Below, one piece after another: positions 1 to 9,722 of a stretch of 64,000 bases of DNA (position 1 is the stretch's first letter; every line of letters starts with the position of its first letter). The notes beneath the pieces were generated by a model that did no database searches, was not told where the DNA came from, and worked only from the letters and a program-made list of their open reading frames with translations. Origin of the DNA: a candidate division FCPU426 bacterium (lineage in GTDB: Bacteria > Oederibacteriota > PGYV01 > Palsa-1178); the NCBI GenBank assembly GCA_963840035.1, contig CAWIXE010000001.1, positions 544,001 to 608,000 on the forward strand. Reading direction: 5' to 3'. Position numbers and translations under genes: made by a program.

Positions 1-1041
1 GAATACGCCGCGAACCTTGAAAAAGCAGTGTCAAAAAAACCGGAACAGCAGACAGCCGCTGAAGAACCGCTGACAAAGGTCCATACCCCGAATATAAAGA
101 CGGTTGAAGAACTTGCCGCGTTCCTTGGAAAGAAACCTGAGGACACCGCCAAGACAATTCTGTACATTGTAAACGGAACCAAGATGGCGGGGGCGGTAAT
201 CAGAGGGGACAGGGAAATCAACGAAGTAAAATTAAAAAACGCGCTGGGCGCGAATGAAATAAGGCTGGCCACACCCGAGGAAATCCTGGAAAAAACAGGC
301 GCGCCGGTAGGCTTTGCCGGGCCCATAGGCTTAAGGGAAAAAGGAATAAGGCTTGCCATAGACGAAACAGCCGCGGTATTAAAAAACACGGTAACAGGCG
401 GGAACGAAACGGACTACCACTATACGGGCGTAAACAAAACAAGGGACTACCAGGAAAACCTGATAGCGGATTTTGCCAAAGCGGGCAAAGGCGACACCTG
501 CGCCAAATGCGGCGGCACCCTGCAGGAACAAAAAGGAATAGAAATGGGCCACGTATTCTTCCTGGGCAACAAATATTCCAAATCCATGAAAGCCACATAC
601 CTGGACGAGACAGGCAAAACCCAGGAAATGGTAATGGGATGCTACGGCATAGGAGTATCAAGGGTCGTGGCCGCGTCCATAGAGCAAAACAACGACGAAA
701 ACGGCATAATCTGGCCCATGGCCATCGCGCCGTATGAAGTGAATGTGATACCGGTAAACGTAAAATACGAGGAAGGCATGAAATACGCCGAAGAAATATA
801 CACGAAGTTAAAGGAAGCCGGCATAGACGTAATAATGGACGACCGGGACATATCGCCCGGGGTTAAGTTCAAGGACTCGGACCTGATAGGCTTCCCGCTG
901 CGCGTGGTCGTGGGGGAGAAGAATTTTAAGGACGGGAAAGTGGAAATGAAGATGAGAAGGGATAAGGATTTTGAGTTGATGGATAAGGCGGATGTGTTTA
1001 ATAAGGTTATGGAGATTGTAAAGAAAGAGAAAGCAATCTAA
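1..1041 (+). CDS. proS: Prolyl-tRNA synthetase, C-terminal part (5' end outside window)
   Basis: Editing insertion domain, GIEMGHVFFLG, MGCYGIGVSR motif 3, GIIWP..IAPY and anticodon-binding domain GVKFKDSDLIG. Confidence 0.97.
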   Translation, partial: EYAANLEKAVSKKPEQQTAAEEPLTKVHTPNIKTVEELAAFLGKKPEDTAKTILYIVNGTKMAGAVIRGDREINEVKLKNALGANEIRLATPEEILEKTGAPVGFAGPIGLREKGIRLAIDETAAVLKNTVTGGNETDYHYTGVNKTRDYQENLIADFAKAGKGDTCAKCGGTLQEQKGIEMGHVFFLGNKYSKSMKATYLDETGKTQEMVMGCYGIGVSRVVAASIEQNNDENGIIWPMAIAPYEVNVIPVNVKYEEGMKYAEEIYTKLKEAGIDVIMDDRDISPGVKFKDSDLIGFPLRVVVGEKNFKDGKVEMKMRRDKDFELMDKADVFNKVMEIVKKEKAI

Positions 1042-1066
1042 TATTTGTTGTTGTCGTTCGTTATGT

Positions 1067-1939
1067 GGGCGATTCGTGAATCGCCCCTACAAGGGCGTCC
1101 TGTTGTTGTTGGTGTTTGGGTAATTCGTGAATTGTCACACAAATATGTTCTGCTGTTGTCATTGTAGGGGCGATTCACGAATCGCCCAAACCAAGGCCTT
1201 AAATCAGCATATGAGGGATGTTGATGACTTACAACCCAAAAATCCACCACAGGCGTTCCATACGAATAAAGGATTATGATTATTCCTCAGGGCATGCCTA
1301 TTACATCACAATCTGCACGCAGGACAGGTTATGCGTTTTAGGAGATGTTAAGGACGGGATAATAGAACTAAACTCAAACGGAAGAACCGTTAAAGACACA
1401 CTTAAAAACCTGCCAAGCCGGTATCCCGGGTCAAGTCTTGAATCCTACGTCATCATGCCAAACCACGTCCATTTTATAATACAGCTGCGTGGGGCGATTC
1501 GTGAATCGCCCCTACAAGGGATGAATGCAAGACGGCAGATGACTTTGCCTAAGACAATAGGATTTTTAAAAATGAATACAGCAAAAGCTATTAACAAAAT
1601 GCGTGGTACTTCTGGCGGGAAAGTCTGGCAGAAGGATTATTTTGAGCATATTATACGGAACGAAAAATCATATGGTGAGATTACGGAGTATATTTATAAC
1701 AATCCGTATTTATGGCATGAGGATGAGTACAATCCTAACAAGCCGGTAAAGCCGTTGGGCGATTCGTGAATCGCCCCTACAGGGGCAGACAAAGCGTGTT
1801 GTGGGTGATTTGTATACCGTTTGGGCGATTCGTGAATCGCCCCTACAAGGGCAGACAAACCGTGTTAGTGGGTGATTTGCATACCGTAGTTTTAGTTGTT
1901 GTATAAATCGAATTTGTAGGGGCGATTCACGAATCGCCC
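1067..1939. repeat. Cluster of GTAG-type REP palindromes (GTAGGGGCGATTCACGAATCGCCC) around and inside the RAYT gene
   Basis: Identical 24-mers at 1067-1090, 1164-1187 (opposite orientation), 1492-1515, 1757-1780, 1823-1846 and 1916-1939 (opposite orientation); degenerate copy at ~1118-1140. Confidence 0.93.
1218..1769 (+). CDS. REP-associated tyrosine transposase (RAYT, IS200/IS605-related Y1 HUH)
   Basis: RRSIR..YDYS, YYITICT, YVIMPNHVH (HUH), WQKDYFEHIIR, YIYNNP; flanked by REPs. Confidence 0.93.
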   Translation: MLMTYNPKIHHRRSIRIKDYDYSSGHAYYITICTQDRLCVLGDVKDGIIELNSNGRTVKDTLKNLPSRYPGSSLESYVIMPNHVHFIIQLRGAIRESPLQGMNARRQMTLPKTIGFLKMNTAKAINKMRGTSGGKVWQKDYFEHIIRNEKSYGEITEYIYNNPYLWHEDEYNPNKPVKPLGDS

Positions 1940-2004
1940 AAGGCGGGTAATTCAGCATAAAACCATGTTTTTAATCGACAATTGACAATCGTCAATCCCC
2001 AATC

Positions 2005-3215
2005 TAAAAAGTGTAAGATGAAATGCACCATCTGAGTAAATAAAAAGTCCCACCAAGCACTTGTGTTATTATGTTGTTTGCGAAGACACCATAAAAAACA
2101 CGAGGTGAATGATGGGACAAGTCAAGATTACCACAAGGGACAGGAAAAACAAGTATTTAAGTTTAAAAGAACGGTACCAGATTGAGGCTCTGCGCGATAA
2201 GAAGTGTACTGGGCGTGAGATAGCCGAACAACTTGGAAGAGACCCAAGCACGATAAATCGTGAGATAAAAAGAGGTTCTGTAATACAGACGGATTGGGAA
2301 CTCAAAGAGAGATTGGTATATAGGGCCGATCATGGACAGCTGGACTATGATGAAAAACAAAAGAACAAAGGACGCCCGTTAAAGATCGGGTTTGACCACG
2401 AACTAAGCAGGCATATAGAACGGAAGATAACGCAGGATAAGTATTCGCCGGCAGCAGTAATAGGCGAAATAATGCGAACCAAGCTGGGGTTTAAGACATA
2501 TCTGTGCATAAAGACAGTTTACAATTATATACATTCCGGTGTGTTTGCAGGTGTTGGAGAAGCAGAACTGGTATATGGAGGAAGGCGTAAAAAGAAGTAT
2601 CGGAAGGTCGGAAAAGTAAATAGAAGCAGGCTTTTCAAGAGCATAGAAGAAAGACCAAAGGCGGCAAACGAAAGAACGGAGTATGGTCACTGGGAGATAG
2701 ATGTTGTTAAGGGTATTAAATGGACAAGAGCATGTCTTCTGACAATCAGCGAACGTATGACAAGACAGGAAATAATAATTAAGATGAACTGTTGCAAGGT
2801 CGAAGAAGTGGACAAGGCGTTGACTGGACTCGAAAGGACTTATGGCGGTTTGTTTGCCAGGATATTCAAGACGATAACCGCAGACAACGGTTCGGAGTTT
2901 CTCGATTGGAGAACCCTTGAAGAGAGTAAATTAAAGCCAGGGACAAAAAGGACCATGCTATATTACGCGCATCCTTTCAGTTCTTTTGAAAGAGGAACCA
3001 ACGAGAATACAAACCGCATAATAAGGCGGTTCGTACCTAAAGGGACGGATATAGGGGAAGTGTCTGTAGAAACGGTAAAAAAGGCCCAAAATTGGATAAA
3101 CAACTATCCCAGAGGGATATTTGGATACAAAACAGCCAACGACATGATAATTCAAAATGCTACAAGAAAAATGTGTGGGATTCAGGGAGTGGTGCATTAA
3201 AACTTGCAACTTACC
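2005..3215 (+). mobile_element. IS30-family insertion sequence
   Basis: Imperfect inverted repeats TGTAAGATGAAATGCACCA (2012-2030) and TGGTGCATTAAAACTTGCA (3190-3208); 15-bp direct repeat CGTCAATCCCCAATC at 1990-2004 and 3216-3230. Confidence 0.88.
2109..3200 (+). CDS. IS30-family DDE transposase
   Basis: N-terminal HTH ([21 protein letters not shown]), [34 protein letters not shown]. Confidence 0.95.
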   Translation: MMGQVKITTRDRKNKYLSLKERYQIEALRDKKCTGREIAEQLGRDPSTINREIKRGSVIQTDWELKERLVYRADHGQLDYDEKQKNKGRPLKIGFDHELSRHIERKITQDKYSPAAVIGEIMRTKLGFKTYLCIKTVYNYIHSGVFAGVGEAELVYGGRRKKKYRKVGKVNRSRLFKSIEERPKAANERTEYGHWEIDVVKGIKWTRACLLTISERMTRQEIIIKMNCCKVEEVDKALTGLERTYGGLFARIFKTITADNGSEFLDWRTLEESKLKPGTKRTMLYYAHPFSSFERGTNENTNRIIRRFVPKGTDIGEVSVETVKKAQNWINNYPRGIFGYKTANDMIIQNATRKMCGIQGVVH

Positions 3216-3330
3216 CGTCAATCCCCAATCGTTTTTAGCTATTGACTTAAAAGGGCAATGTGCTATTATGACCGCACAATTTGTAGGATTCGTTCTACAA
3301 GAATTTTTTAATCTAGTGGAGGTTTTAGTT

Positions 3331-3531
3331 ATGCCGAAGGGAAAAGTGAAATGGTTTAATGACAAGAAAGGTTATGGCTTCATCGAACAGGAAGGCGGAA
3401 AAGACGTGTTTGTGCACTACGCAGCAATCCAGGGCGACGGCTTCAAGACCTTAAAAGAAGGCCAGGAAGTTACTTTTGACGTCACAGAAGGCGCAAAGGG
3501 ACCGCAGGCTGCTAACGTAGTATCAGCATAA
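3331..3531 (+). CDS. cspA: Cold-shock protein
   Basis: [18 protein letters not shown]...DVFVHY...[17 protein letters not shown] before ATG 3331. Confidence 0.97.
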   Translation: MPKGKVKWFNDKKGYGFIEQEGGKDVFVHYAAIQGDGFKTLKEGQEVTFDVTEGAKGPQAANVVSA

Positions 3532-3547
3532 GCCAACCATATACCAG

Positions 3548-3581
3548 AAAAAAGCCCGGCGGACAACCGCCGGGCTTTTTT
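3548..3581 (+). terminator. Rho-independent (possibly bidirectional) terminator after cspA
   Basis: AAAAAAGCCCGGCGG-acaa-CCGCCGGGCTTTTTT. Confidence 0.85.
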
Positions 3582-3656
3582 ATTTGTAGAGAAGGGGTTT
3601 ACCCCTTCTCCGGCGCGGGTAACTCTGTTGATATGCCGGATTGATACCATACCCGC

Positions 3657-3864
3657 GTATGGCCGCCAGGCGGGGAGTGATTTTTTGAATTAGCTGACGG
3701 TTTCATAGCAGACATAGTTGATAGCATAAATAACTTGAGGTTTTGATATATGGTCTGTTTGTATCCTACCGGACAGCTTGTTTGGTTCACAGTATATTTG
3801 ATGGCAGGCCTCATTTCCCGTAAGCTTCTTCAAAAAAGTCATCTCCCCGCCTGGCGGCCCCTAC
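3657..3864. repeat. MITE/REPIN-like element with ~35-bp terminal inverted repeats
   Basis: GGCCGCCAGGCGGGGAGTGATTTTTTGAA (3661-3689) vs TTCAAAAAAGTCATCTCCCCGCCTGGCGGCC-CCTAC (3829-3864). Confidence 0.6.
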
Positions 3865-4060
3865 ATTTCTGCATGATAAAAGGTAAAAAAAATATGAGGG
3901 CAATGGAGAATCCCCATTTATAAAAAGCAAAAAATACATTTATGTGTTATTCACTTGAATAATCCGTAGAACACCCATATTAAAAATTGACAAAATACCT
4001 GTAAAATGATAAAATTAAGATGGACTAAGTGTCTCTATATTTACATTTTTGGAGGTATAT

Positions 4061-4447
4061 ATGAAAGGAATTTTCATTACAGCGGGTATTGTATTGGCGT
4101 TAGCGGGTTATTTTCTCATCGGTTCTGAAAACGTAAGCCAGATGTTGGAAAAATATTCCGTGGAAAAAATGAAGGGGACAGACCTCGAAGACGCAGCAGC
4201 TTTCAACATCAGGTACATGGATTTTACCGGAAAATACGACAGGTGCCTTGAGCTCATAAGCAAATTCAATGAAAGGTACGAGGAAAAATCAAAATATCTT
4301 CCTGAGTTTATGTTAACACAGGCAAGGATACTGGAACTGCGGCTTAAGACCGCCGCTGCCAGGGACATTTACCAGAAATATGTCGATACTTATCCGGACG
4401 CGGCGAATGTTAATGATATAAAATATAAAATCATGGAACTTAAATAA
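4061..4447 (+). CDS. Membrane-anchored small protein with TPR-like C-terminus
   Basis: N-terminal hydrophobic segment; ARDIYQKYVDTYP resembles CpoB/BamD-type TPR; RBS and TTGACA..TAAAAT promoter upstream. Confidence 0.65.
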   Translation: MKGIFITAGIVLALAGYFLIGSENVSQMLEKYSVEKMKGTDLEDAAAFNIRYMDFTGKYDRCLELISKFNERYEEKSKYLPEFMLTQARILELRLKTAAARDIYQKYVDTYPDAANVNDIKYKIMELK

Positions 4448-4468
4448 GGCTTTTAAGCAGGAGGAAAA

Positions 4469-5647
4469 ATGAAGAAAAATTTCTTATTTCCGGCATTATT
4501 AACCATTTCATTATTTATACCCGCCTTTTTATTTGCCGCGGATGAAGCTGCTGCGGCTGCCGAAGCCGCTGCCATTACCGCGTCTCCTGAAGCCACTGCT
4601 GAAGCAACTGCCGCGGCCACTGTTGAAGCTACGGTTGAACCTACTGCCGTATCAACTGTTGAAACCACAGTTGAACCGACCGCCGAAGCCACTGCTGAAG
4701 CAACTGCCGCACCTACGACAATACCCACTGTAACCGAAAAAGTTGAAGTTGATACATCATATAAAGCAGATGATGAAGGCGTGGTTATACTCTCGCCAGG
4801 GGAAACATCCATGGAAGAACTTGAAAAATATATATTAACAAAAAGAAAACCCGCGCAACAGGAAGAAACCGACAACGGCGACGTGACAATGACATTTGAA
4901 CCCGAGTCAGCCGAAGAGGAAAACGGCGGGATCATACTCATGGAAGATGAGAAAAAAGGAAAGATGGAAAGCACGGGATATGTGATGGTTGAGAGGGGCG
5001 GGTTCATATCAGACAACTTCAAGGAAGACGGAATAGTATATTCGCTTGACGGCAGGGAAATACTCGCGGCCGGCGATAACGTATACATAAAGCTCACCGT
5101 GGGTAAAGGCGTTAAAAAAGGGACTGAATTCATAGTCTATGACGACTCGGAATCGGTTATAAACCCCATGACAGACGAAAATATGGGGAAAAAGATAAAG
5201 ATCGTCGCGGTAGGGAAAGTCAGGGGCAGCGCGGACGCCGATGACAACATATGGAAGGCAAAACTCACAAAGACCTACGAACCTGCCGGAAATAATTTTA
5301 AGATTAAGATCAGGAAAGAACTCAAGGATTATTACAACAAGCTTATCACAAAGATAAAGAAAAAACCGCAGCCGCTGGAAGGGTTCATCATAAGCGTAAA
5401 CGGCGGAACCCAGGGCATCAATAACAAGGACGTTGTTTACATAGACAGGGGACTTAAGGACGGGATCGCCCCCGGGGATATCCTGACCGTGGTAAGGCTC
5501 TCCGAGGACAAGGAAACCGGCGCCATGAAAAAATATAACACCATAGGAAAAGTCATGGTCATAAATACCATGAGGAGTTCCTCGGTAGGCATCATAAGCG
5601 GCCAGACTGATGTAATAAAAGTCGGGGACCTGGTAAAGACCAAATAA
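4469..5647 (+). CDS. Exported protein with Ala/Thr/Glu-rich linker and TsaP/FlgT-C-like beta domains
   Basis: Signal peptide; GDNVYIKL..G, INPMTDENMG, VYIDRGLKDGIAPGD, IKVGDLV motifs. Confidence 0.55.
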   Translation: MKKNFLFPALLTISLFIPAFLFAADEAAAAAEAAAITASPEATAEATAAATVEATVEPTAVSTVETTVEPTAEATAEATAAPTTIPTVTEKVEVDTSYKADDEGVVILSPGETSMEELEKYILTKRKPAQQEETDNGDVTMTFEPESAEEENGGIILMEDEKKGKMESTGYVMVERGGFISDNFKEDGIVYSLDGREILAAGDNVYIKLTVGKGVKKGTEFIVYDDSESVINPMTDENMGKKIKIVAVGKVRGSADADDNIWKAKLTKTYEPAGNNFKIKIRKELKDYYNKLITKIKKKPQPLEGFIISVNGGTQGINNKDVVYIDRGLKDGIAPGDILTVVRLSEDKETGAMKKYNTIGKVMVINTMRSSSVGIISGQTDVIKVGDLVKTK

Positions 5648-5705
5648 AACAACCGCCGGGCCCTTTTCCGGCGGAAACCGCAACCACCATATAGAGAGGT
5701 AAAAA

Positions 5706-7115
5706 ATGAAATTTGGCAGCAAGAAAAGCGTGCTCATTTTGTGCGGAATATTCGTAACACTTCTTGCCGTAAGTTTTACCAGGATAAACAGCAGTTATAT
5801 TTTCCTGGCAGCGGGCCTGGCCGCCTCGCTCATTTCCTTTAACGGAGGGTGGGTTAACGGGGTTTTCATGTCGCTGCTTTTTAATTTTACTTTTTACTCG
5901 CTCCACACCGCTATGGGCGTCCAGAGCATGGTTTTAAATATAGCGGTTTTTTCAGCTCTTTCTGTGCTTGCGGACAGGCTTAAGATAGGAAGCAATGCTC
6001 CGGTTCAGAAGGATTCAAATCCCGAGGAAAAAGCTTTTGTAAACAAAGTAATAAATTCGTTCATGCTTGGCCATGACATGGTACGCGAGATAAAAAAAGG
6101 GATAACAAGGAGCGAACTGCTCGCTCTATTCGCGCGCAATGTATCAAACTTGACAGGCGCCGACCAGGTGCTGGTTTATACCGGTGAAAACGCCCCGGAA
6201 GGAAAGTTAAAGCTCACGCTCTCCGCGGGAAAATACCAGGAGAGGGTCATAGAGCCTGAAGCTGAAATTGAGAGTGTACTCTGTTTGTCGGAGAAAAACC
6301 TTCCCGCAAATGAAGCCGGATTCATAAAGAGCGTCAGCGACGGGTACGCCATCATAATGCCGGTCAATGAAAAGGGAAAAGCCGGGGACATCGCTGTGCT
6401 TTACAAGGGAAATGAGTTCTCATACAGCGACATATACATAGCCGAATTTTTCAGCGCGCAGATATTTGTCATAATGGAAAAGCAGGAACTCCTTAAAAAG
6501 ATGTCGGGAAATTACGAGCGCATCATAGAAGCCCTCGCCCTGGCCATAGATACCAAGGACCACGAGACGCACGGCCACTCGCTGGCCACCATGAAGTACG
6601 CCGTAAAAATCGCGGAAAAAATGAACCTGCCTGATGAGGAAAGGGAAATGATAAAATACGCCTCCCTCCTGCATGACATAGGAAAGATAAACATAAGCAG
6701 CGCCATACTTAACAAGCCCGACAAGCTTACGGCTGAGGAATTTGACATCATAAAAAAGCACCCGGAAGAGGGCGTGCACATTTTGGACAGGATGGACATA
6801 TTCGGGGAGATACTCCCGCTTGTTATGCACCATCACGAGCATTTTGACGGCAAAGGCTACCCAAAGAAGCTAAAGGGGGACAGCATCCCGCTGGGGTCCA
6901 GAATTTGCTCGATTGCGGACGCGTACTCGGTGATGGTGGCGGACCGCCCCTACAGGAAAGCGCGCACAAGGGATGAGGCCATTAATGAGCTGAAACGCTG
7001 CTCCGGGACGCAGTTTGACAGGCAGATAGTGGATGTCTTCCTCGGGATAATAAAGGAAGAAAACACGCAGGAAGCGGCATTACATAATATTACCGGCGCA
7101 GGGCCGGTAAACTGA
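5706..7115 (+). CDS. Membrane-bound HD-GYP cyclic-dinucleotide phosphodiesterase with GAF-like middle region
   Basis: N-terminal TM helices; THGHS, LHDIGK, HHEHFDGKGYP, ADAY, RPYR, GTQFD. Confidence 0.9.
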   Translation: MKFGSKKSVLILCGIFVTLLAVSFTRINSSYIFLAAGLAASLISFNGGWVNGVFMSLLFNFTFYSLHTAMGVQSMVLNIAVFSALSVLADRLKIGSNAPVQKDSNPEEKAFVNKVINSFMLGHDMVREIKKGITRSELLALFARNVSNLTGADQVLVYTGENAPEGKLKLTLSAGKYQERVIEPEAEIESVLCLSEKNLPANEAGFIKSVSDGYAIIMPVNEKGKAGDIAVLYKGNEFSYSDIYIAEFFSAQIFVIMEKQELLKKMSGNYERIIEALALAIDTKDHETHGHSLATMKYAVKIAEKMNLPDEEREMIKYASLLHDIGKINISSAILNKPDKLTAEEFDIIKKHPEEGVHILDRMDIFGEILPLVMHHHEHFDGKGYPKKLKGDSIPLGSRICSIADAYSVMVADRPYRKARTRDEAINELKRCSGTQFDRQIVDVFLGIIKEENTQEAALHNITGAGPVN

Positions 7116-7918
7116 TGGATGAGTTAACCGCGTTTAATAATATTAAGGCGCTGATATTGAAGGAAAAATTCCTAGATGTCACGCAGTACAAGGAAAATTA
7201 CCTGAAACGAAGGCTGGCGGTGCGGATGAGGGCGCTTAACGCCCACACGTACACCGACTACCTCGCGGTGATGGAAAAAAACAAGAACGAACTGAACATA
7301 CTTTTGGATAAGCTGACGATAAACGTAACGCAGTTCTTCAGGGACCCAGAAGTCTTCGTGGAACTTGAGAATGTCATACTGCCGGAACTTTTAGCCGGCG
7401 GAAAGACCGACTTAAGGGTGTGGAGCGCCGGATGTTCCTCAGGCGAGGAGCCTTACTCGATTGCCATTTCCATAGAGGAGACAGCGGAGCGGCTCGGTTT
7501 GAAAAACCTGAGATATGAGATTTATGCCACGGACTTAGACGATGAAATACTGCGCAGGGCCCTTGAAGGCAAGTACGAAGGCAGGACCCTGGACAACATA
7601 GCGGAGTCACGTAAGAGAAAATATTTTGATTTTGACGGAAAAAAATATTCCGTTACGCAGAGGATACGCAAAAACATCCTGTTTTTTAAGCATAACCTGA
7701 TGGAACCGTACAAAAAGGATTTTTTTAACCTGGTTTTCTGCAGGAATGTCATCATTTATTTTACGAGGGAACTGCAAAAAACGGTGTTACAGCACTATTA
7801 TGATTCCATGAAGGAGGGCGCGGTACTGTACCTGGGAAAGACCGAGACCATGCTCATGGAACACAGGAATAATTTTGAATGTATAAATATTAAGGAAAGG
7901 ATATTCAGGAAAATATAA
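7115..7918 (+). CDS. cheR: Chemoreceptor methyltransferase
   Basis: LTINVTQFFRD, WSAGCSSGEEPYS, FCRNVIIYF. Confidence 0.96.
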   Translation: MDELTAFNNIKALILKEKFLDVTQYKENYLKRRLAVRMRALNAHTYTDYLAVMEKNKNELNILLDKLTINVTQFFRDPEVFVELENVILPELLAGGKTDLRVWSAGCSSGEEPYSIAISIEETAERLGLKNLRYEIYATDLDDEILRRALEGKYEGRTLDNIAESRKRKYFDFDGKKYSVTQRIRKNILFFKHNLMEPYKKDFFNLVFCRNVIIYFTRELQKTVLQHYYDSMKEGAVLYLGKTETMLMEHRNNFECINIKERIFRKI

Positions 7919-9084
7919 TGGACACAGTACAGGACCACATAAATCTCGGGCTGGCCTTTGCCATGAGCAAGCGCTATGACCAGGCCATAAAAGAATTTGA
8001 AAAGGCCCTCAGCATAAACGCTGACGACGCAGAGGTACTAAAGCACCTGGCTAACGCCTACGTTTATAAAGGCGAATATGACCAGGCCATAAACTCATAT
8101 GAAAAAGCCCTCAAGATCAATCCCATGAACGCCGAGGTAATAATGAAACTCGGAAAATTATACGCGAACATGGCCAATTTTGACAAGGCTCTGGTGCAGT
8201 ATAAAAAAGGGCTTGAGATCAACTCTACAGACTCAGCCTTAAGGCACGCGCTGGCAGACCTGTACGTGAAGATGGGAAAAAACGCCGAGGCCGAGGCCGA
8301 GTACAGGAAGATGATAGAAAAGGAACCGGCTAATATGGAGCTTATTTTCAAGCTCGGCTATATATTTGAATCCGAGAAAAAATACGCCGAAGCAGCGGTG
8401 GAATACGAGAAAGTCGTAAAGGCAAACCCTAAAAGCCCCGGCATTAATTCCATGCTTGGAAATGTTTACAGGGAATTAAAGCAGTTTGACAAGGCCATAG
8501 AGCATTATGACAAGGCCGTTAAGATAAATCCCAGGGATACCGCTGTGGCTTTTAACCTGGGGGTCCTGTATTTTGAAAGCGGGCAGAACGAAAAGGCCAT
8601 AACGCAGCTGGAGATAGCCAAGAAAAACAAGTTTAAAAATTCGGAAATATTCATAATCCTTGGGGAAGTGTACTCCAGGCTCGGCAGAAAAAAAGAAGCG
8701 CTTGAGGAATATAAAAAGGTAGCCGAGCTCGGGAGCGCGGACGCGGAAACGCATAAAGCCCTCGGGTTCATATACATGGAAGAGGACCAGCTCGACGACG
8801 CCCTCGCCGAATACAAAAAGGCCATGGAAACAAAATCAGACGACCCCGCGATATATGAGAATATGGGGCAGATATACTATAAAAAAATAATGTATAAGGA
8901 AGCGAAGGAATATTTCTCAAAGGCCATAGAGGCCGGCAGGGAAAGCGCGGACATGTTCTACAAGCTGGGGAACATATATATGAAGGAATCCAACCCGGAA
9001 AAGGCCAAGGAAAACTGGAACAAGTCGCTTAAGATATACCCGGAGAACGAGATAATAAAAAAGAATCTGAAACTGCTCGGCTGA
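7918..9084 (+). CDS. Tetratricopeptide-repeat protein
   Basis: About 11 tandem 34-aa TPR units. Confidence 0.9.
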   Translation: MDTVQDHINLGLAFAMSKRYDQAIKEFEKALSINADDAEVLKHLANAYVYKGEYDQAINSYEKALKINPMNAEVIMKLGKLYANMANFDKALVQYKKGLEINSTDSALRHALADLYVKMGKNAEAEAEYRKMIEKEPANMELIFKLGYIFESEKKYAEAAVEYEKVVKANPKSPGINSMLGNVYRELKQFDKAIEHYDKAVKINPRDTAVAFNLGVLYFESGQNEKAITQLEIAKKNKFKNSEIFIILGEVYSRLGRKKEALEEYKKVAELGSADAETHKALGFIYMEEDQLDDALAEYKKAMETKSDDPAIYENMGQIYYKKIMYKEAKEYFSKAIEAGRESADMFYKLGNIYMKESNPEKAKENWNKSLKIYPENEIIKKNLKLLG

Positions 9085-9120
9085 GTTTAAAGTCAGGTTT
9101 TAAATTGCAGGGGGAAATGA

Positions 9121-9720
9121 ATGGAACTTTATAAAAAACAGGACAAGAGTTTGGGCGAACTCCTAATACAGGCGGGATTTATAACAAACGAGCAGCTGAA
9201 AGAATGCCTGCTGGAACAGCACTCGACAGGCGAGCCCCTGGGGAAAATCCTCATATCAAAGCATTATGTCAGGGAAGAGAACATCATAAACGTCTTAAAG
9301 GGTATGCTCGTGGTGGTGGTCGAGGTTAATAATGAAAAATTCGGAATAGAGATCATATACGCCAGGGAAATTATAAAATACAAAAAAATATCCGCCCTTC
9401 CGAACCTGCCGGACTACATCCTGGGCATGATGTCGCTTCGGGAGGATGTCATCCCGGTAGTCAGCCTTAATAAGAAAATTTTCAACAGGGAAGACGCCAT
9501 AACAGAAAACTCAAAGATAATAATTATAGACGGCAAAAAGGACCTGATGGGTGTTTTAGTGGATGAAGTCATAAACGTAAAGAATTACCAGTCGTCGGAT
9601 TTTGCCAATATCACAAAATACACCTTTACCATAGACAGAAAATACATCGCCGGGCTGATAAAGGACGGCGACGGGGTAATAACCCTAATAAAGCCGGAAA
9701 TCCTTTTTGAAGGCAGGTAA
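9121..9720 (+). CDS. CheW-like protein with N-terminal MshEN-like domain
   Basis: LGELLIQAGFITNEQLKECLLEQ..PLGKILI followed by CheW fold (FGIEI..AREII, LPNLPDYILGMMSLREDVIPVV, GVLVDEV). Confidence 0.82.
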   Translation: MELYKKQDKSLGELLIQAGFITNEQLKECLLEQHSTGEPLGKILISKHYVREENIINVLKGMLVVVVEVNNEKFGIEIIYAREIIKYKKISALPNLPDYILGMMSLREDVIPVVSLNKKIFNREDAITENSKIIIIDGKKDLMGVLVDEVINVKNYQSSDFANITKYTFTIDRKYIAGLIKDGDGVITLIKPEILFEGR

Positions 9721-9722
9721 GC

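Noticed and set aside
1067..1939. Repeated 24-bp palindromes as a CRISPR array
   Set aside because: Irregular spacing, both orientations, one copy inside a gene, no cas genes; they fit REPs beside a RAYT
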